Below, in pieces: positions 58,148 through 64,000 of a stretch of 64,000 bases of DNA. The position numbers were made by a program, and so were the translations under genes. The DNA lies in NCBI GenBank assembly GCA_905178155.1, contig CAJINV010000007.1, positions 3,428,265 through 3,492,264 of the forward strand, written 5' to 3'. Numbering within the stretch: the first letter of the stretch is position 1; every line of letters starts with the position of its first letter. The DNA comes from Amoebophrya sp. A120. Lineage: Eukaryota > Protista > Dinoflagellata. A model generated the notes under the pieces. That model was not told where the DNA came from and did no database searches. It worked only from the letters and a program-made list of their open reading frames with translations.

Positions 58148-61100
58148 ATGGGAGCTGCGTGCTCGACCGCCAACTTCAAGGCGCTCGCGTTTTCCAGCTT
58201 TTTCGTCGTCGTCTGGCAGCTGAGTCTTTCTTCCATTTTCGTGCAGATCCGGAAAATCGCGAGTCTGCCGGTGGAATGGACGCAGCCGTATATGTTTACG
58301 GAGTGGTCGCACTTACCACACCGGAATTACTACAACAGCAACTACGCGGCGGCAGTGGTCTATTCAGACGGAAAAGAAGAAAAGGGACAAAATCTTCATC
58401 AAATGTCCACATCAGGCACCAGCGGAAGCGGAGGCACCTCTACCAGAATAGATGGAAAAGTAAAAGAACAAAGCCAATCCAGCAAAACTTCTTCGGTCGA
58501 GAACAAGTGGCAGCAGCGGTTGCGGGGCCGTTGGGTGCGACCCTCGCTGTTAGACGTGTTCCTTTTTCACGACCCAGAGAGCTACAACCGTCCGTACTTG
58601 ATGCGGTTACAGGAAGGCCACACGATGCACAGCTGGAGAGATTTGAAGACGCAGGAGGATCAGGAGAAAGAAGAAAAAGCGGCTTTGATAGCGGCCGCCG
58701 GTGCTGGTACAACCAAGATGAAGAGCTCGCCCGCAGCGCATAACAACGACGCTATGACGACAGAAAGTCAAAGTGAAAGTCACAGCTTAATGTCTCGTCC
58801 TCCGCCGTCCAATCCGAATGAGTCCGCGATCGCGTTCCTATTTCTCCTGATGCGGGAAGTGGACACGGCGAAGATGTGGGATTTTTTCTTCGACAAAAAG
58901 TTCAGCCAAATGTTCACCATCTACGTCCACCAAGCCGCCGAAAAGTCCGGCTCGGTGCTGGGCTGGGAGCAGGTGTGGGAGGAAAACAGCAATGAGCCGG
59001 TGTTGAAACTGCCGCCCGTTGGGATGCGTAGGGTCGAAAACCGACCTAGGCCGGTGGTGAATTCGACATCGAAAGGAGGACCACATCTTCAAAGGTCTTC
59101 CTCGCGCACCTCGGCCCGTCTTTTCGCGAAGCACGTTTCCTACACTGTCATCGAGCGCCAGTATTCCAATTGGTGTGCTTTACTCGCCGCACAGGTCGGG
59201 CTTTTTCACCGGGCGCTGTTCGAAACGAAAAACAAATTTTTCGTGCTTTTATCGCAGAACCACTCCCCTCTGGTGCCCTTTCCCCAGTTTTTCCAGAACT
59301 TATTCTTCTCCACATCCTCTTCCGCTGGTGCTGCTTTCACCTCGACATCGGCAGGAGTTGCTTTATCTTCAACACACTCTCCGATGAACAAAAACAAGCC
59401 CTCCGCGCACGATGAAAAAGACCACCAATCGCGGTTTTGTTTCGCGGGCACCGCCTCCTACGACACCCCGTCTGGCTGCAGCTACGCGGCCTGGGCGCCG
59501 TGGGGCGGCCGGTATTTGCTGAAGCACCACCAGTGGATCATTCTGAACCGGCGCCACACGGAGCAGCTAGCGACTTCCGCCTTCACGAGAGAGCTCTTCA
59601 AAAGTTACAGACGCTTGTACACCTTCGCGCCCCTCTGTTCCGACGAGGTGGTGCCGGCGCTGGCGCTTTTGACGAAAGTTCCGAAGTTCGCGACTTCGGA
59701 GCAAACCTTCGCGGCCAACAACATCAAGCAGGAATGCACGACATTCGCGTATTGGAAGGGGTGTCTGTACCAGGAGACGAGGGTCTTGAAGGACTTTGTC
59801 ATCGGCGAGGAAGTCGTGGTCACAGACGACAGCAGCAGCGCCGATGGTCGCGGCCCAGGTGGACACCAGCACCAGACCGTGTTGGTGGAATCCTTGCTAG
59901 ACGAGAGGGAACAGGCGACCGAAAAGCAGATGCTTCGTGATCAGCAGAACATCAAGGAAGTGGGGAAAGTAGTGAAAACGCAGCTGAAACAGGGACAGAA
60001 GCTACTCACCGCATACCGATCCGAGTCGTCGAAAATCGCGACGCAGATTGATTCGAAACTGAAGGAGTTCGACTCTGCGGCGGATAAAGTTTTGATGAAG
60101 GGAATCGAAAAAGTCTCGGAAGGCGGGAAAAAATTGCTGGATGCGGCGACAAGGAGAAGGGTGGGAGAAAGTAGTGAAATTATGGGAGATGATGATAAAG
60201 GAATGCACCAGATCATGTTGAGCAGAAACCTTGCTGATACGGAGAACAAAGAGCCAGTACCCAGCGCGCCCTCCACAACATCATTCCCTGCTGCGGCTCC
60301 CAGTGTAGTAACAACAAGTAGTGTATCAACTACTTTATCTCCAGCACCACCAGCGACAACGCAATTGATCAACAGCAACGGCAAAGTCGGTTTGAAAACA
60401 AGGAAAATCCACGTGAACGACGGCATGGTGCATTTTGACGAGAAAAAGAACATCCTCTACTGCAACATCTCTCACCCGTTTTTCGAACTTTTACAGCAGA
60501 AGGATTTTCATCTAGACCCGAGGTGGATTCATCTAGTCGAGGAGGATAGTACTTCTTCGTCGCAACTGTTTGACCGTGCTGGAGGCAACAACAGCATGAC
60601 GGCTGGAGCAAAACCTGGTAACAGCACGACGGTGACTAGTCCGTTCTTTTCCGACTTCACGACCGGGTTTTCTTCCTGGAACGAGACTCTGGCGTATTAC
60701 AGTACCTGGTGGCTGAACACATTCAAAAACATCTCGCTGTTCAACGCTCTCGCGCTGACAAACACCACCACTGCAATAAATACAACATCAAGTAGGTCGT
60801 CTGCATCCTCGACAGTGCAACACCCGAAGCAGCACCCCTTTGAGCTCATGTCGGACTACGGAACGCACATCCACTCGTTGTTCACGAATTCTCTGAAAAA
60901 GCCATCCCTTCTCCTCTCCAGCGGGGCCTCCGACGCGATGAAAACGGACGATGCGATGAAAAAGGACACACACCCCGGGACTTTGTTGATCAAGAACCGG
61001 GGCGCGTTTGCGGAAAGGCTAGTCCGGTCCGGATATCTACTCGCTCGGAAAATGGGGCCGTTTCCGTTGATTTCGTTTTGGACGCGAGAGGAGCAGGAGT

Positions 61101-61522
61101 CCGTAAACTTTGAAAATTTCTACGACAAAGTGCAACTGAAACAGTCAGGCGGGAAAAATGGTGTTCAGCAGAACAGAGAGGTGAAGACGAATACGAAACG
61201 CTTGAGCACTGCGAAGATTCGAAGGAGGAAACTTTTGCGTCGCCGGGCGGTAAGTCGTACGAGAATTTCTGGCTCGAACGTCGACGAGCAGATGAAAAGC
61301 ACATCTGAAAATGAAAATGCTCTTCTTGCTCGTACTGCTGCATCACCAGCAAAAAATCATGGAAAACGAATCCTAGCCGCCTCGCCTCCAAGTACTCCCG
61401 ACGAAGCAGAGTACTTCTTGCCCCGGCTTCCGAAAGTGCCACCATGGATGAACAGGAGGATCGCGATCGTGTTTGGCTACCCGCGCGTGGACGACCTCTT
61501 CGAGGACGGGAATTTCATGTAA
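58148..61522 (+). CDS. Core-2/I-branching (Branch/DUF266, GT14-like) glycosyltransferase with long insertions
   Basis: N-terminal hydrophobic anchor; IAFLFL, FTIYVH, NKFFVLLSQ..SPL, KHHQWIILNRRH, CSDE, TTFAYW, LLARKM. Confidence 0.8.
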   Translation: MGAACSTANFKALAFSSFFVVVWQLSLSSIFVQIRKIASLPVEWTQPYMFTEWSHLPHRNYYNSNYAAAVVYSDGKEEKGQNLHQMSTSGTSGSGGTSTRIDGKVKEQSQSSKTSSVENKWQQRLRGRWVRPSLLDVFLFHDPESYNRPYLMRLQEGHTMHSWRDLKTQEDQEKEEKAALIAAAGAGTTKMKSSPAAHNNDAMTTESQSESHSLMSRPPPSNPNESAIAFLFLLMREVDTAKMWDFFFDKKFSQMFTIYVHQAAEKSGSVLGWEQVWEENSNEPVLKLPPVGMRRVENRPRPVVNSTSKGGPHLQRSSSRTSARLFAKHVSYTVIERQYSNWCALLAAQVGLFHRALFETKNKFFVLLSQNHSPLVPFPQFFQNLFFSTSSSAGAAFTSTSAGVALSSTHSPMNKNKPSAHDEKDHQSRFCFAGTASYDTPSGCSYAAWAPWGGRYLLKHHQWIILNRRHTEQLATSAFTRELFKSYRRLYTFAPLCSDEVVPALALLTKVPKFATSEQTFAANNIKQECTTFAYWKGCLYQETRVLKDFVIGEEVVVTDDSSSADGRGPGGHQHQTVLVESLLDEREQATEKQMLRDQQNIKEVGKVVKTQLKQGQKLLTAYRSESSKIATQIDSKLKEFDSAADKVLMKGIEKVSEGGKKLLDAATRRRVGESSEIMGDDDKGMHQIMLSRNLADTENKEPVPSAPSTTSFPAAAPSVVTTSSVSTTLSPAPPATTQLINSNGKVGLKTRKIHVNDGMVHFDEKKNILYCNISHPFFELLQQKDFHLDPRWIHLVEEDSTSSSQLFDRAGGNNSMTAGAKPGNSTTVTSPFFSDFTTGFSSWNETLAYYSTWWLNTFKNISLFNALALTNTTTAINTTSSRSSASSTVQHPKQHPFELMSDYGTHIHSLFTNSLKKPSLLLSSGASDAMKTDDAMKKDTHPGTLLIKNRGAFAERLVRSGYLLARKMGPFPLISFWTREEQESVNFENFYDKVQLKQSGGKNGVQQNREVKTNTKRLSTAKIRRRKLLRRRAVSRTRISGSNVDEQMKSTSENENALLARTAASPAKNHGKRILAASPPSTPDEAEYFLPRLPKVPPWMNRRIAIVFGYPRVDDLFEDGNFM

Positions 61523-62639
61523 GGGACGTGTTTCGTGTTGGTTTTGATGCGCCATGGTATGCTGTTCATTTAAAAGCCCTGCTGCTTGTGTGTGTTGCAA
61601 GTGCATTAGCCCAGCTTTTCAGCATAGTAACAATTACCAAACATATACGACAGTTACCACACCTCCAAGCTCTGGCTCCTGGTTTGGGACTGGATCGAGC
61701 CCTTTTACGCGACCTGCTTGCTCTGGAGCTTCACCGGTTTTCTCTTCTACAAGGTCGTGATCAAACAGAAGTATTGGCGGTTACTTTTCCTGTCCCTCGT
61801 GCTGTTCTACGGCGAGCTCTGCCGGGTGTTGCACTCGTTGCTAAAGCTGGAGGGACGGGACTGGTTCTTGACCCGACTGGAAATGGACGACTTGTAGGAG
61901 CAAGTAGAGAAGTGGCGAACGGCAGGACGACCTGAACTGAACCACACGCACACGCGTAGTACCTGCTGTAGACTAAAACCCAAAGCGTCCGCTCTCTTCT
62001 CAAATAATTAGCATATTTTCTCGCCGTTTGCGCCACAAGCGGCAAGGGGCACGCTCAAGTGTGTGTACAAAAATGCCTCCGCCGGGACCGGAACGAAGAG
62101 TTTTTGAAGAATGAACCGCATAGGAAAGATCGCCATGTCTGTATACTTGTAGTGCAAAACGTCCTGATCGTCATCTGTATTGCCGCATATTCCATGACCA
62201 AACAACATCAATGAACTCACTGACGATGTACCAGAGTCGAGCCGCCCAGTAACCCTTCAAAAGAACACTTACACTTCCTGAATAAAAGATGGATCTGCTG
62301 TGCGTTCGACCTTTCGTGAGTCAGAGTGAGTGATCATTTGAGTTGTTATTGTTTCCTCGAGCGGATGCGTAGTGAGCATGAGCTGTGAAGACACCAGTGC
62401 GCGTGATGATCTTTTTCGGCTTAAGAATCGTGTCGCTATCGGCATTGTGTCGTAGAACCTGGTCGGCAAGATGCAATTCGTGGCGCACTTGCTGCTTTTA
62501 ATTTCGTTCTTAGACCGATCGCACCATAGAGATAGACACATGAACTTCCGGAAGAAAAAGAATCAAGAAACAAGTGAAAAAGGAAAGCGGCGTTGTAAAA
62601 GTAGAAGCCTATCAAATTCAAGATTATGAAAAAGCAAAT

Positions 62640-64000
62640 ATGACTGCTAGCAGCATCTCTTCCAAGTTCATCATGCGGATGAGCTTCGTGATGTTTTACC
62701 GGTTTCTCTTCGACGAGAGTATCGGAGTCCTCACCCTGTTCCACCTACTTTTCTTTCTCACCCTGAATCCGCAGCCCATGTTGACCAACGGCCTGCAAAT
62801 CCTGGAGCAGCAACCCTTACCTGGCCAGCCACACACCAAAACTACCAGTGGGGCATCCGCTGTGGAACAAGAGCTACTGTCTTCGTCACGACCGCATGAA
62901 TCTTCACACGGTTCTTTGCGCACGGTTCCGAACGGGGCTGCGTCAATGACAATGTCCAGGAGAAATGGCAACCTGCGGGGCAGCAAAACGCACTACGTCG
63001 CGAGCCACGACGGCCATTGCGCAGACGGAGAGTATTTTGACCGAAACTCTCCAACCGGGTGTGTGCGAGCGCATGAGGCGGGGGGTTCTTCTGCCAATGC
63101 AGATGCCGACAGCATGGTGAGCAATTACGTCGATGACATTGCAACTGCAGCGGCAGAGTCGTTTCTCGAGCTTCCCAGGGCAGCAACGAGTAAATATGCT
63201 TTGATCTTGACGTTGAGCTGATCATTCTTGTGCCTTCTTAGTATCGGTTCTATTTCTTCGCTAATGCTAGCTAGCTTGTTGTCGTATGCTAGCTTTTAGA
63301 TGACCACACATTATTTTTCGAGATCGACGCATGAAGATGTTTTTCTTTGCACACTTAACAGCTCTCGACGACGATTCTGTTTCCGAGCTATCTGCATCCT
63401 CTTCGCCGCCGACGACTGCGGAAGACTTCAAAAAGGACAAGGACCTTTTTTCAAGGTCCGGGGGCTCGGGAAAAAAGCCGAAGAAGTTCGTGGACATTGT
63501 GAAGAACCTCGCACAGAAGGCCAGTAGCAAGAAGGAGAAGAAAGAGAAACATCACAAGCACGATGAAGATCAAGATGTTGAGCGAGGGGATGTTGAAAAC
63601 CAGTCCAAAGCAAAGAAGACTGCAAAGGCTAAGGGGAAAGCTAAATCAAAATCACGCGCGCTTGACCCCACGCAGGACACGGAGGTGCGCGTGCGGGTGA
63701 AATCCAAGCCCGCCGGAGAGATCTTCTTCAAGTTCGGCAAACCGCCACCCACCCCGGGCCGCGGCGTCACGTACGCCGCGCACCGGGCGCCGCCCATGAC
63801 AGCGGACGGCCAGCCGGGACCTGTGACCGACGTGCGGATGCAGGCCTTCAAAGTCGGCGACACCAAGCCGGATCCGCCACGCCCGAAAGCGATTCTGTTC
63901 GGACCCTTGCCAGGCAGTTCTCCATCTTCGCTGTCGAGTCGAGGACCGGTAACAAGTACTGGCGGTGCAATGCCAATGCCAATGTCTACAGCAGGAGGTG
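62640..64000 (+). CDS. Hypothetical protein with N-terminal hydrophobic segment, runs off the window
   Basis: ORF 62574-63221 joins via a probable GT-AG intron (~63190-63361) to a frame open to base 64000; start codon uncertain. Confidence 0.6.

Overview
Eukaryotic genomic DNA with about 14 intron-containing or single-exon protein genes, all on the + strand. The unidirectional gene cluster, short GT-AG introns and many non-canonical inverted-repeat introns suggest a dinoflagellate-lineage protist such as the parasite Amoebophrya; this is an inference, not provable here. Recognisable genes are a PP2C phosphatase, an F-box-like protein, a divergent Ser/Thr kinase, a STAR/SF1-type KH protein, an ERK7/MAPK15-like kinase, LRRC6/DNAAF11, a Maf pyrophosphatase and a Branch/DUF266-type glycosyltransferase. 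The main signal is one class of insertion elements that all begin TAT, end ATA, carry terminal inverted repeats and sit between 5-bp direct repeats. Eight of them (109-378 bp) interrupt coding exons, and removing the element plus one repeat copy restores the reading frame, with no GT-AG register inside the repeats. A ninth member with the same termini is a 5,641-bp foldback element: its inverted arms are built of 108-bp units around about 13 copies of a 256-bp satellite. No transposase, RNA gene or CRISPR array was recognised. Exon boundaries were deduced by eye and need RNA-seq confirmation.
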